A stretch of DNA of 64,000 bases from an uncultured delta proteobacterium. Its GTDB lineage: Bacteria; Desulfobacterota; Binatia; UBA9968. A program made the translations under genes and the position numbers. The notes beneath the pieces were generated by a model, which worked only from the letters and a program-made list of their open reading frames with translations, searched no databases and was not told where the DNA came from. This document shows, piece after piece, positions 51,994 through 62,326 of this stretch (the stretch's first letter is position 1; each line of letters begins with the position of its first letter). The DNA is taken from positions 96,001-160,000 of the forward strand of contig CAWFJP010000005.1 of assembly GCA_963816145.1 (NCBI GenBank). Reading direction: 5' to 3'.

Positions 51994-52959
51994 ATGATGC
52001 AAACGCTAATTTCTTTTGTCTTTGTCATTGCGCTAGGTCTGCTAGGCGGTGCCGATCTCCCGGCGCAGCAGCGCATCGCTGTCAGTTATCCCGGCATTGC
52101 CGGTTACAACATTCCTTTTTGGGTGGCGCTCGACGGCGGTCAGTTCAAGAAGGCGGGGCTGGATGTCGATGCGGTTTTGATCTCGGGCGGGTCGAAAAGC
52201 ATGCAGGCGTTGTTATCCGGCGGTCTCGACTTCGCGCATGTCAGCGGCGGCGTGTCGGTGCAGGCTAATCTCAACGGCGCCGACGTGACGATCATCGGCA
52301 CCGGATCGAATTCGATGTCCGCCGGTGTGATCGCCGCCAAGGAGATCAAATCGTATCAAGACTTGAAGGGCAAGAAAGTCGGCATCGCCAGCTTCGGCGG
52401 CAACAACGATATCGGCTTTCGCTTTGCCTTCAAGAAAAATGGCATCAATCCCGACAAGGACGTGACCTTCCTGCAATTGGGCGGCGAGCGCAACCGATTG
52501 ACGGCGTTGGAGCGCGGCGCGATATCGGCGACGATTATGTCGCCGCCGGGGCTGTTTGTCGCTGAGGCCCAGGGTTACACGCGTCTGGGTGATCTGAGCG
52601 CTATGGGGATGCGCTATCCCGAGTTGTCGATTATCACGCGCAAGCGCGACTTGAAGGAACGGCGCGATCTGGTGCGCCGTTATCTGCGCGCCTTCGTCGA
52701 AGCGGTGCGGGTGATGAAGACCGATCGCGAGGCGACGCTGCGGGTGATCGAAAAATACATTCACGTCGGCTCGAAGACGGAGGCAGTGAAGACTTACGAT
52801 TACTTCGTCAAGAGCACCTCGGATACGCTGCGCACCGAACGCGATGGGATTGCCGAGTTTCTCGCGACTCTGGAGGCAACCAAGCCGGGTGTGGCGAAAC
52901 GCAATCCCAACGAGTTTATCGACGAGTCGGTATTGGAAGAGGTGTTGAAGGGGCGGTGA
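51994..52959 (+). CDS. ABC-type substrate-binding protein, NMT1/THI5/SsuA-like
   Basis: Signal peptide; FKKAGLDV, DLKGKKVGIASFG, INPDKDV. Confidence 0.88.
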   Translation: MMQTLISFVFVIALGLLGGADLPAQQRIAVSYPGIAGYNIPFWVALDGGQFKKAGLDVDAVLISGGSKSMQALLSGGLDFAHVSGGVSVQANLNGADVTIIGTGSNSMSAGVIAAKEIKSYQDLKGKKVGIASFGGNNDIGFRFAFKKNGINPDKDVTFLQLGGERNRLTALERGAISATIMSPPGLFVAEAQGYTRLGDLSAMGMRYPELSIITRKRDLKERRDLVRRYLRAFVEAVRVMKTDREATLRVIEKYIHVGSKTEAVKTYDYFVKSTSDTLRTERDGIAEFLATLEATKPGVAKRNPNEFIDESVLEEVLKGR

Positions 52960-52989
52960 AGTTTTCGCTGGTCCCCGACTTAATTGGTT

Positions 52990-53079
52990 CCTTCCCCCGT
53001 TGGACGGGGGAAGGTTAGGATGGGGGACGCTCCCGTATTCAGACCCCCTCTCATGCTCTCCCCCGAAGCGGGGGCGAGA
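52990..53079. repeat. CCTTCCCCC..GGGGGAAGG REP-like double hairpin (uninterrupted form)
   Basis: CCTTCCCCCGTTGGACGGGGGAAGGTTAGGATGGGGG...CCCCCTC...CTCCCCCGAAGCGGGGG. Confidence 0.78.
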
Positions 53080-53135
53080 ATTGGATCAAGAGAGATCACC
53101 GCCACCACTATTTGGTTAGCCAACGGAGAATTGTA

Positions 53136-53921
53136 ATGTCCACCACCAGTGAAACCTATGACATGCTGCTCAGCCTTGTGAAAACTCGCCACAGCGTGCG
53201 TAAGTTCAAGGCCGATCCGATTCCGGACGATACCATCGATAAGATTCTCGAAGTGGCACGCTGGGCGATGTCCGGGGCGAACTCGCAGCCTTGGGAATTT
53301 ATCGTCGTCACCGATCCAAAGACCAAGAAGGAGTTGCGCGATGCCTATTCGGAGTACAACACCGATTTTATCTTCTGGATGGAGCAGCAGCGCGAGTACA
53401 ATCTGCGCCATCCGTCGTATCAAGTGAAAAACGATCCCCACGAGTCGTTGCGCTTCAACAAGGCCAAGGCCAACTGGCATCAAGCGCCGGCGGTGATCGT
53501 GGTGTTGGGCGATGGCCGGCGCCAGTGGGGCACGGTGATGGGGGCGCATACCTTCGGCCGCGATCAATCGCACTTGACCGACGGTCTGGCCAACGCCAGC
53601 TTTCTGCTTCACCTCGCCATTGCCTCGCTCGGACTGACTTCGGAGTGGGTGTCGATCCATATCGAAGAGCCGCATAAACGAATTCTCAATGTGCCGGATC
53701 TGTTGAAACTTTACTTGATCATTCCCATCGGTTACCCCGATGTCTCGAGCCGCGGCGAGGGTGTGCGCCGGCCGCTGCAAGACATGGTGCACCGCGAGCG
53801 CTACGACATGAGCAAGTACATGGCCAATGAAGATGTCATCAAGTATCTCTACTCGCTGCGCGAAGCGACGGTGCCGGTCCATTCGGCATCGCGCGCGGTG
53901 GTGGCGGACGAGAAGAAGTAG
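53136..53921 (+). CDS. Nitroreductase family protein
   Basis: RHSVRKF, ARWAMSGANSQPWEF, SLGLTSEW, PIGYP. Confidence 0.92.
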   Translation: MSTTSETYDMLLSLVKTRHSVRKFKADPIPDDTIDKILEVARWAMSGANSQPWEFIVVTDPKTKKELRDAYSEYNTDFIFWMEQQREYNLRHPSYQVKNDPHESLRFNKAKANWHQAPAVIVVLGDGRRQWGTVMGAHTFGRDQSHLTDGLANASFLLHLAIASLGLTSEWVSIHIEEPHKRILNVPDLLKLYLIIPIGYPDVSSRGEGVRRPLQDMVHRERYDMSKYMANEDVIKYLYSLREATVPVHSASRAVVADEKK

Positions 53922-53950
53922 ACCGATCGCGAATCGCCTTGAAGAGGTAT

Positions 53951-54032
53951 TTACCACGAAGGACACGAAGATCACGAAGCGAGGAATGTCTAATGTCCGA
54001 AAACTTCGTGTCCTTCGTGATCTTCGTAGTGA
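53951..54032. repeat. CACGAAG-type palindromic repeat
   Basis: TTACCACGAAGGACACGAAGATCACGAAG...CTTCGTGTCCTTCGTGATCTTCGTAGTGA. Confidence 0.85.
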
Positions 54033-54071
54033 GAGTGAATTGTCGAAATCAAGCGTAGTTGCGCAATCAAG

Positions 54072-55727
54072 ATGACCCAGCCATCCGTCAATCCCATCAC
54101 CGTCGAGGTCGTGCGCAATGGCCTGGCGCATATCGCCAACGAAATGGCGACGGTGCTGCGCAAGACTTCCTACAACATGATGATCTACGAGGTGCGCGAC
54201 TACTGCGTCGGCATCGTCGATCCGGACGGCAACATATTGTCTCAGAACTTCGGCGCGCTGCCGATCTTTCTCGCCGATCTGGGGCCTGCCATCGTCGACG
54301 GCGTGCGCATGCATGGGCGCAACGGCTTTCTTCCGGGCGACGTGCTGATCATGAATCATCCCTATGTCTGCGGCCAGCATTTGAACAATGTCGTGGTTTA
54401 CACGCCGTTTTTTCATGAAGGTGAGCTGGTGGCGTTTCTCGCCGTGCGCGCGCACTGGATCGATATCGGCGGCCGGCCGATGGGTTTCGGTTTCAGCGGC
54501 ACGCGGGAAGTCTACGAAGAAGGCTTGCAGTTCCGCTCGCTCAAGCTTTACCGCGGCGAACAGCCCAATCAAGAAATATTTCAAATCATTACCGACAATG
54601 TGCGTTTCGCCGAATCTTCCCTCGGTGATTTGCGCGCGCAGATCGCCGCTTGCCGGGTCGGCGACCGCGGTCTCGGTGCGCTGGTGAAGCGGTATGGCTT
54701 GGACGCGTTCTTGACTTGCGTGCGAACCATCTGGCAGCAGTCCGAGGCTTTGGCACGCGAGCAGGTGGCGCGCATCAAGCCGGGTTCGTACGCAGCCGAA
54801 GCGCTATTCGATAGCGACGGCGTCAACCTCGACATACCGGTGCCGCTCAAAGTCAAAGTGGATGTTGCCGGCAGCGACATGACCATCGACTTCTCCGAGA
54901 TCAGCGAACAGGTGGCGGGCTCGATCAACTCCGGCGAGTCGGGTGCGGTAGCGGCGGCGCGGGTGGCATTCAAATCTCTAGTCGCACCCTACTCGCCCAT
55001 CGACGAGGGCTGCTTTCGAGCGCTGAAAGTTGTTATTCCGGAGGGCAAAATCTTGAGCGCCACGCCGCCAGCGCCGGTCGGCAACTGGAGCCGGACCTTG
55101 CCGACCGTGATTGATTTGATTTTTCGCGCACTGGCGCCGGCGATGCCCGAGCGTATTGCAGCGGGGCATAAGGGCGATATGGGCGGTTACGCTTTCTTCG
55201 GCGTCAACCCCAAGACCGGCCGACGTTTTCTCTGCCAGACGATCATGGGCGGTGGCTGGGGCGGACGGCCCCATGAAGACGGCGAAAATGCCACGGTGTC
55301 GATGTGCCAAGGCGACGTGCAAAATGCCCCGGTGGAGTTGCAGGAGATTTATTATCCTGTGCTCATCGAGCGCCAACAACTGCGCGAGGGTAGCGGCGGC
55401 GCCGGCAAATTTCGCGGCGGCCTCGGCCTCGAAGTCACGGTGCGCGTGCTGTGCGATGCTTCCACTAATATTAACGTCGAGCGCCAGCGCACCGCGCCGT
55501 GGGGCTTGTTCGACGGCGAATGCGGCGCGAAGGCTCAGGCGCTGGTCAGACAATCGCCCGACGATCCCGGTGCCTGGCTGACCAAGAAGCCCAACTATCC
55601 GTTGAAGCCGGGAGGCAGCGTAACTTTCTTTACCGCCGGCGGGGGCGGTTATGGTACTGCCAGCGAGCGCGGTGATGAATTGGTTGAGCGGGATCGGCGC
55701 TTGGGTTATGTAATAAATCCCCCTTAA
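54072..55727 (+). CDS. Hydantoinase B / oxoprolinase family protein
   Basis: PGDVLIMNHPY..GQHLN, AHWIDIGG, EEG, GGWGG, GSGGAGKFRGG, GGGGYG. Confidence 0.93.
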   Translation: MTQPSVNPITVEVVRNGLAHIANEMATVLRKTSYNMMIYEVRDYCVGIVDPDGNILSQNFGALPIFLADLGPAIVDGVRMHGRNGFLPGDVLIMNHPYVCGQHLNNVVVYTPFFHEGELVAFLAVRAHWIDIGGRPMGFGFSGTREVYEEGLQFRSLKLYRGEQPNQEIFQIITDNVRFAESSLGDLRAQIAACRVGDRGLGALVKRYGLDAFLTCVRTIWQQSEALAREQVARIKPGSYAAEALFDSDGVNLDIPVPLKVKVDVAGSDMTIDFSEISEQVAGSINSGESGAVAAARVAFKSLVAPYSPIDEGCFRALKVVIPEGKILSATPPAPVGNWSRTLPTVIDLIFRALAPAMPERIAAGHKGDMGGYAFFGVNPKTGRRFLCQTIMGGGWGGRPHEDGENATVSMCQGDVQNAPVELQEIYYPVLIERQQLREGSGGAGKFRGGLGLEVTVRVLCDASTNINVERQRTAPWGLFDGECGAKAQALVRQSPDDPGAWLTKKPNYPLKPGGSVTFFTAGGGGYGTASERGDELVERDRRLGYVINPP

Positions 55728-55806
55728 TCCACCTTTTTCAAAGGGGGAAATTTGTCCTATGGATCTGTGTTCCCCTCTTTGAAAAAGAGCGGCTAGGGGA
55801 GATTTT
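55718..55806. repeat. CCCTCTTT..AAAGAG double-hairpin repeat overlapping a stop codon
   Basis: AATCCCCC..CCTTTTTCAAAGGGG...CCCTCTTTGAAAAAGAG..GGGGAGATTT. Confidence 0.72.
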
Positions 55807-55829
55807 CCGAACAGGTTGCGGAGGGATGT

Positions 55830-56936
55830 ATGGACGAACAGCAAGTATTCCAAAACCGCTTGACACAAGTGCGCCAGGCGATGCGCGAGCAGGGCCTGGA
55901 AACTCTACTCGTGCATGATGGCGGCCGGCATAATTTTTTGCGCATGAACTATGTCGCCTATCTCACCGACTTCATCAGCGTCGGTCCGGACACGATGCTG
56001 GTGATCCCGCTGGACGATGCGCCGATGCTTTATCTCGCGCCGGCTTGGGATATCGCCCGCGCTCAAGAAGAGTCCCAGGTGAAAGACGTGCGGCCATTCC
56101 AAGAGTTCTGGCCATGGCTCAATAATGCCGGCAAGGTTGGGCTCATCGGCCGTGAGGCGATGCATGTCGGACTGTATGACGAAATCGTCAAGACGGTGGG
56201 TCAAACGCCGGTCAACGCCAAGGACATCATCGAGACCATGGCGCGCTGCAAAGGGCCGTTTGAGCTGGAGCGCATGCGGCGTGCCGCGGCGATCGCCGAT
56301 GCCGGTGTTAGCGCATTGCATCAAGATGCCCGGCCCGGCCTGAAAGAATACGAGCTCGCTGCGATCGTCGAATATGAAATGCGATCCCGCGGCGCCGAAG
56401 ATAATTTCGGCATGGTGGTCGCCAACAATCATAATCAAGCGCTGCATCCGCCCACCGATCGTGTGGTCCAGCCGGGGGACATCATCATCGGCGAAATCAC
56501 ACCCTGCATCGGCGGTCTGTTCGTGCAGATCTGCCGCACCGTCGTGTTGGGCGAGCCGGCGCCGGTGGTGCGCGAGAAGTATGCGATCCTGCACAAAGCG
56601 ATGGGCCTTGGCATGGCGGCCGCGCAGACCGGCGCGCCGGCGAGCGCGGTGGCCAAGGCGATCAACGGGACGTTCATTGAATATGGCTACGAGCAGTACT
56701 GCCGGCCGCCGTTCATGCGCGTGCGCGGCCATGGTCTCGGCTGCGGCTCGTCGGCGCCGGGCAGTTTGGAAGACGACAACAAAACTAAATTGGCAGAGGG
56801 GATGACCTTCATCATTCATCCCAATCAATATATACCTGAGACCGGTTACCTGACGCTCGGCGATACCGTGGTGATGGGCAAGACCCGGGCGGAGTCGCTG
56901 ATGAAATCGTCATGGGATCTCTACATTAAAGATTGA
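55830..56936 (+). CDS. M24-fold protein (creatinase/Xaa-Pro peptidase family, non-canonical ligands)
   Basis: VAYLT, PGLKEYE, QICRT, RGHGLG, GMTFIIHPN. Confidence 0.85.
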   Translation: MDEQQVFQNRLTQVRQAMREQGLETLLVHDGGRHNFLRMNYVAYLTDFISVGPDTMLVIPLDDAPMLYLAPAWDIARAQEESQVKDVRPFQEFWPWLNNAGKVGLIGREAMHVGLYDEIVKTVGQTPVNAKDIIETMARCKGPFELERMRRAAAIADAGVSALHQDARPGLKEYELAAIVEYEMRSRGAEDNFGMVVANNHNQALHPPTDRVVQPGDIIIGEITPCIGGLFVQICRTVVLGEPAPVVREKYAILHKAMGLGMAAAQTGAPASAVAKAINGTFIEYGYEQYCRPPFMRVRGHGLGCGSSAPGSLEDDNKTKLAEGMTFIIHPNQYIPETGYLTLGDTVVMGKTRAESLMKSSWDLYIKD

Positions 56937-56955
56937 GGGTTAATGAAATGTAACC

Positions 56956-57037
56956 GCTGGAACGATTGGAACGGCTGGAACCATTGGAACCTTAGGCGCG
57001 ATTGTTCCAACCGTTCCAATCCTTCCAATAGTTCCAG
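56956..57037. repeat. Inverted repeat with 9-bp TGGAAC tandem arms
   Basis: CTGGAACGATTGGAACGGCTGGAACCATTGGAAC ... GTTCCAACCGTTCCAATCCTTCCAATAGTTCCAG. Confidence 0.82.
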
Positions 57038-57064
57038 GTGGTTTAAGATTGTTTAGGTGATCAT

Positions 57065-58225
57065 ATGATTTTCGGAAGACATTCCGTATTAAAAAGGGGT
57101 TGTTCGACTTGGGATCCGGCGCAGGTGCCGCAGGCGGAGTTTCAAGCGCGCCTCGATGCCGTGCGCCGGGAGATGGCGCGGCGCGATCTCGACGCGCTGG
57201 TGATCTACGGCGATAATTATTCCTTCGCCGATATTTGTTATCTGACGAATTACTTTCCCAAAGTGCGCGGCGGCATTACGATTGTGCCGCGCGACGGCGC
57301 GATTTCCATGCTGCTCAATATCGGCAGCCGCGACGTGCCGTTCGCCAAGACGCTCACCTGGGTCGAAGACGTGCGCGCGTCGAACCAGGTAGGCGGCGAC
57401 GGCGCCAAGATGATCCAGGAGAAAGGCTTCGAGAAAGCCAAGATCGGTTTGGCCGACTCCGGCCATGGGTTTCCGCTGCCGCAGCTCGAAGATATGAAAA
57501 ACGCGCTGCCCAGCGCGAGTTGGCAGAATTGCGATGACATCGTCGCGCCGCTGCGTGTGACGAAGACGGCGCGGGAACTCGGCGCCATGAGCGAAGCTGG
57601 GCGGCTGCTAAGCGAAGTTTGCGCCGGTGCGGCGGCTTTCATCAAGCCGGGGCGCAAGGAATATGAAATCGTCGCCGACATCGACCGATTGGCGCGCGAT
57701 AAGGGCGCCGAAGATATTCGCATCCTCGCCGGCGAGCGTCGGTTAAACCCGCCGAGCTTTAAACAAACAGCCAGCATCGGCGCCCATTGGGCGCTTTATC
57801 TCGCCGTGCAGCATGAGCGCTACTGGGCCGAGGCGGGGCGGACATTTATTCTCAACAGCGATGGCAAGATTCAGTCGGCCTATGACCGAGCGCAAGCGAT
57901 CGTTGGCGCGATGGCGAAACAGCTAAGGCCCAATGGAAACGTTGCCGCCATCGATGAAACGGCGCGCAAGGAGCTTGGCGAGTTTTACGCACAGGCTTCG
58001 GTTTATGGCCTCGCCAACGGCATCGGCCTGAATCAATGGGAAGCGCCGTTCTTGAACCAGAGCGACGCACAAGAAGTGGGAGCAGCGACGGTGGGGGCGA
58101 CGACGTTGAATGAAAATATGACGCTGGCGCTGCGCGTGACTATCGAGAGTGAAGGGAAGATCGTGCTGTACGGCGATAGTTTTCAGGTGACGGCGAGCGG
58201 CGCGAAGTCGCTGGTGGGGGATTAA
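57065..58225 (+). CDS. M24-fold protein, degenerate active site
   Basis: LDALVIYG, YLTN, PGRKEYE, YWAEAGRT, ANGIGL. Confidence 0.82.
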   Translation: MIFGRHSVLKRGCSTWDPAQVPQAEFQARLDAVRREMARRDLDALVIYGDNYSFADICYLTNYFPKVRGGITIVPRDGAISMLLNIGSRDVPFAKTLTWVEDVRASNQVGGDGAKMIQEKGFEKAKIGLADSGHGFPLPQLEDMKNALPSASWQNCDDIVAPLRVTKTARELGAMSEAGRLLSEVCAGAAAFIKPGRKEYEIVADIDRLARDKGAEDIRILAGERRLNPPSFKQTASIGAHWALYLAVQHERYWAEAGRTFILNSDGKIQSAYDRAQAIVGAMAKQLRPNGNVAAIDETARKELGEFYAQASVYGLANGIGLNQWEAPFLNQSDAQEVGAATVGATTLNENMTLALRVTIESEGKIVLYGDSFQVTASGAKSLVGD

Positions 58226-58271
58226 AGTTCACCTGATGGCCGAGTCTTCCCTCAGATTCCTTCCCCCTTGA

Positions 58272-58403
58272 GAGGCTGTGTCGTAATGATCAAATGCCCC
58301 ACATCTGTCATCCCGAGCGCAGCGAGGGATCTCGTGTTTTCAGCCACATACGAAGAAGAGATTTCTCGGCTTCACCTCGAAATGACAGTTGCGACACAGT
58401 CTG
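58272..58403. mobile_element. 132-bp MITE, copy 1 (TSD TGA)
   Basis: Ends AGGCTGTGTCGTAA / TTGCGACACAGTCT (12/14 inverted); TGA on both sides; inside a CCTTCCCCC..GGGGGAAGG hairpin. Confidence 0.85.
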
Positions 58404-58578
58404 TGACGGGGGAAGGCTAGGATGGGGGTGCTGCGCACGTTAGTGATATTCTCAAGCACCCCCACCTCTGTCCTCCCCCGTCGAGGGGGAGGATGTAATA
58501 TTTCGGAGGGCCGGTTGAGAAACGGTGTCATTGATAAACTGTTGCAGGTTATTTTTCAAGATTGATTCGAAAGGCTCC

Positions 58579-60615
58579 ATGAGAATTGCAGTTGATATCG
58601 GTGGGACGTTTACGGATTTGGTTGCTGTCGACGACGACGGCCAGGTGTTTCGGAGCAAGGCGCTGACTACACCGGATGATCTGGCGCGCGGCATCGACGA
58701 TTGTTTGAAAGGCGCCAAGGTCGAAGTCGCCGGGGCGAACTTCTTCGTCCACGGGTCGACCGTGACGATCAACGCTGTGCTCGAACACAAAGGCGCGCGC
58801 ACCGGCCTGTTGACGACCAAAGGTTTTCGCGATGTTTACGAGATCGGCAGAGGTAACCGTCCGGAGGGATATAATTTGTTTTTCAAGCGGCCGGTGCCGC
58901 TGGTGCCGCGGGACTTGCGCTTGGAAGTGGACGAGCGGCTCTATGCCACCGGCGAGGTGCTAACGCCGCTCGACGAACAATCAGCGGCGGCAGCGATCGG
59001 CGCGCTTAGCAACGCCGGTGTCGAAAGCGTCGCAGTCTGCTTGCTCCATTCCTACGCCAATGCGGCGCATGAGCAACGGCTTGGCGAGCTGTTGCGTCAA
59101 CAATTTCCCGAAGCTTACGTCTCGCTGTCGCACGAGATTCTGCGCGAGTTCCGCGAGTACGAGCGCACGTCGACGACGGTTTTGAATTCCTACGTCGGCC
59201 CACTGGTCAGCCGCTACTTGGTCTCATTGGAAAACATGCTCGGCGCCGCCGGCTTTCGCGGCATCTTTCGCGTCATGCAGTCCAACGGCGGCGTGATGTC
59301 GGCGGAGACCGCGAAAAAAATCCCGGTGACGATGATGGAGTCAGGGCCCGTGGCCGGCGTTATCGCGGCGGCGCGTCTTGGCGAGGCGCTCGGCTGCCAC
59401 CATATCATTTCCTTCGACATGGGCGGCACGACGGCGAAGTCGAGTTTGATCAAAGATTTTCATCCCGAGGTGACCAGCAGCTACTATGTCGGCGGCTATG
59501 TCACCGGTCATCCGATGATGCTGCCGGTGGTCGACATCGTCGAGGTCGGCAATGGCGGCGGCAGCATCGCTTGGATCGATCCCGCCGGCGGTTTGAAAGT
59601 CGGTCCGCAGAGCGCCGGCGCAGCGCCCGGGCCGGCTTGCTATGGCCAGGGCGGCGCAGAACCGACGGTTACGGATGCGAATTTGATCGCGGGTAGAATC
59701 GACCCGGAATATTTTCTCGGCAGCGGCATTCGCTTGCAGCGCGACCAAGCGGCGGCGACGATCATGGAAAAGGTCGGCAAGCCGTTAGGGTTGTCGTTGG
59801 AAGATGCCGCGCTGGGCATCCTCACCATCGCCAACTTCAACATGTCGCTGTCGGTGCGCGCCGTGTCGGTCGAAAAAGGCTACGACCCGCGCGATTGCGT
59901 CCTGGTGCCGAGCGGCGGCGGCGGTGCGCTCCATGCCATGGCGATCGCCCGGGAACTGTCGGTGCCGCGGGTGATCATCCCGCCGATGCCGGCGCATTTT
60001 TCCGCCCTCGGCATGCTGATGGCGGATCTCAAGCATGACTACGTGCAGACTTTCGTGCGCGAGTTAGCCGACACCAGCGGCGCGCAGATTGCCGATGCGT
60101 TCGCGGTGCTGGAAAAATCCGCCACCTACACGCTACGCGAAGAGGGTTGTAAGCCGGAGCAGATGGTGTTGCGGCGCTTTCTCGACATGCGCTATCGCGG
60201 TCAAGAGTACACTTTGCCGGTGCCGGTGACGGAAGATCTGCGCTCGCTCGCCGACTTCGATGCGATCCGCGCCCGCTTCGACCGAATGCATCAAGATCAT
60301 TATGGCCACTCGGCACCAAAAGAGCCGGTGATGATGGTCAATCTGCGTCTTTCCGCACTGGGCAAATTCGACAACAAGCTGCCCTTGACCACCGCCCCGC
60401 TCGCCGCAGACCGCGGCGAGCGGGGCCGGCGGCCGGTTATCTTCGACACTCGACCGGTGGATTGTCCGATCTATCTGCGCGGCGGATTCAAACCGGGTGA
60501 CCGGTTGAGCGGCCCGGCCGTCATTGAAGAATTGGGCGCGACGATTCTCGTCTATCCCGGCGACACCATGCAGGTGAATGAACTCGGGCAGCTGGTGATC
60601 GAGGTGGGGAGCTGA
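58579..60615 (+). CDS. Hydantoinase A / oxoprolinase family protein
   Basis: DIGGTFTD, HGST, REYER, ESGP, DMGGTT, GPQSAGAAPGPACYG, DMRYRGQ. Confidence 0.94.
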   Translation: MRIAVDIGGTFTDLVAVDDDGQVFRSKALTTPDDLARGIDDCLKGAKVEVAGANFFVHGSTVTINAVLEHKGARTGLLTTKGFRDVYEIGRGNRPEGYNLFFKRPVPLVPRDLRLEVDERLYATGEVLTPLDEQSAAAAIGALSNAGVESVAVCLLHSYANAAHEQRLGELLRQQFPEAYVSLSHEILREFREYERTSTTVLNSYVGPLVSRYLVSLENMLGAAGFRGIFRVMQSNGGVMSAETAKKIPVTMMESGPVAGVIAAARLGEALGCHHIISFDMGGTTAKSSLIKDFHPEVTSSYYVGGYVTGHPMMLPVVDIVEVGNGGGSIAWIDPAGGLKVGPQSAGAAPGPACYGQGGAEPTVTDANLIAGRIDPEYFLGSGIRLQRDQAAATIMEKVGKPLGLSLEDAALGILTIANFNMSLSVRAVSVEKGYDPRDCVLVPSGGGGALHAMAIARELSVPRVIIPPMPAHFSALGMLMADLKHDYVQTFVRELADTSGAQIADAFAVLEKSATYTLREEGCKPEQMVLRRFLDMRYRGQEYTLPVPVTEDLRSLADFDAIRARFDRMHQDHYGHSAPKEPVMMVNLRLSALGKFDNKLPLTTAPLAADRGERGRRPVIFDTRPVDCPIYLRGGFKPGDRLSGPAVIEELGATILVYPGDTMQVNELGQLVIEVGS

Positions 60616-60748
60616 GAGGAAGATTCGGAATCGGAAGAGTTGACCACAAAGAGCACAAAGGGCGCAAAAAGGAATCGGAATTCTAGGGGATGGTGTGAAA
60701 CCCGCTGTCTTGGTTTGCTAGTGGGCAAGCTTTTACCCTCTCCCTCTG

Positions 60749-60880
60749 GAGGCTGTGTCGTAATGCGCAAATGCCCCACATCTGTCATCCCGAGCGCAGC
60801 GAGGGATCTCGTGTTTTCAGCCACATACGAAGAAGAGATTTCTCGGCTTCACCTCGAAATGACAGTTGCGACACAGTCTG
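60749..60880. mobile_element. 132-bp MITE, copy 2 (TSD CTG)
   Basis: Near-identical to copy 1; CTG on both sides; inside a CCCTCTCCC..GGGAGA hairpin. Confidence 0.85.
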
Positions 60881-60937
60881 CTGGGAGACGATATAAGATC
60901 GCTGCTGCGAACGAGTCTTGAAGTGTCGCTGACGACC

Positions 60938-62305
60938 ATGGCCGAAGAAACCCTTAGCGAACAACTGTCGCGCTATATTGCGACGCTCAGCATCGAACGA
61001 ATTCCCACCGAAGTCGTCGACGCGGCGAAACTGCACATTCTTGATTCGCTGGGTTGCGTGATTGCCGGTTCGCGCTTGGAGCCGGGACGGATGGCGTATA
61101 ACCTTGCTGTTGCCCTCAGTCCTGGCAATGCTCCCTCGATGCTGTTCGGCACGAACCTTACGCGCCTCGTATCTCGACGCAGTGCAGGCGATGGCGACGG
61201 CGGCGCATTGCGGCGAACTTGATGACATCCATGGCGGCGCGGCGACTTGCATTGGCGGCATGGTCGTTCCCGCGCTCTTAACTATGGCGGAGAAACATGG
61301 CGGCAGCGGTGGGCAATTTCTTGAAGCGGCGATCGCCGGCTACGAAACCACCGCGCGCGTCGGCTTGAGCATCGATGCGCCGAAACTGTTCGCTCGCGGT
61401 TGGTGGCCGAGCACGGTATGCGGCGCCTTCGGCGTGGCGGCGGCAGGAGCGAAGTTTTTAGGTTGGCCCGTCGAAAAGACTACCAACGCTCTCGGTATCG
61501 CCTCTCTGCATGCCGGCGGCATGCTCACCGGCGGCAACGAGGGCGCGACGGCGCGCCATCTGGCCTTTGGCCGGCAGCGCGGAACGGGATGCTCGCTCTG
61601 CTCGCGACGGAGCAAGGACTGAGCGGGCCGAAGCGCGCGCTGGAAGATCCGCGCGGTTTTTGTCTGACACTTTGCGCTGAGCCTAAATTTAAAATGTTCT
61701 GCAAAATTTTCGCCAAATTTCATCTGCTCGAGGTCGCTTTCAAACCTTATCCCTGCGCCCGTCAGCTGCATGCCGGCGTTGAAGCGTTGCTCCGGTTGAT
61801 TAACCAACATTCGATCAGCGGCTGATGCGATTCGCGCGATCGACCTGGCGGTGCCGACGCAAAACGCCAGCATGGTCGATCGCCCGGCGACGCCAACGCT
61901 GCGAGCAGCGACGTTGGGAAGCGGGCAATATGTGATGGCGGTGACAGCGCTTAGAGGCAGATTGATTTGGCTTCATTCGAAGACGAATACTTGCAGAGCG
62001 AGTCGATACGCCGGTTAATGGAGAAAGTTACGGTTCGTGCGAGCACGGAACTCGATCGGCACTTTCCGAAATTTTGGCCGGGACGCGTGACGGTGACACT
62101 GGCGGACGGTCAGGAGCATAGTGGCGAGATCATCGCGCCGAAGGGTGAAATTGAGAATCCGATGACGCGCCAAGACGTTGAAGAGAAGTTTCTCGGCTTG
62201 GTGGCGCCGGTGTTGGGTGATGAGAAGGCGCAAGCGGTGATCGGTGAAGTGCAGGCGCTGGATGCGCGAGATTCGTTGGCGCCGCTGCTTGGCGCGTTGA
62301 CTTAA
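60938..62305 (+). pseudogene. MmgE/PrpD family protein, multiply frameshifted
   Basis: ILDSLGC / ELDDIH..AGYE..RGW / FKPYPC..LH / PKGEIENPM..KF distributed over several frames. Confidence 0.85.
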
Positions 62306-62326
62306 TTCTTTTTCCTTCCCCCTTCA

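Noticed and set aside
52980-54584. 534-aa minus-strand ORF
   Set aside because: Antisense shadow of the nitroreductase and hydantoinase B genes, crossing intergenic repeats; no motifs
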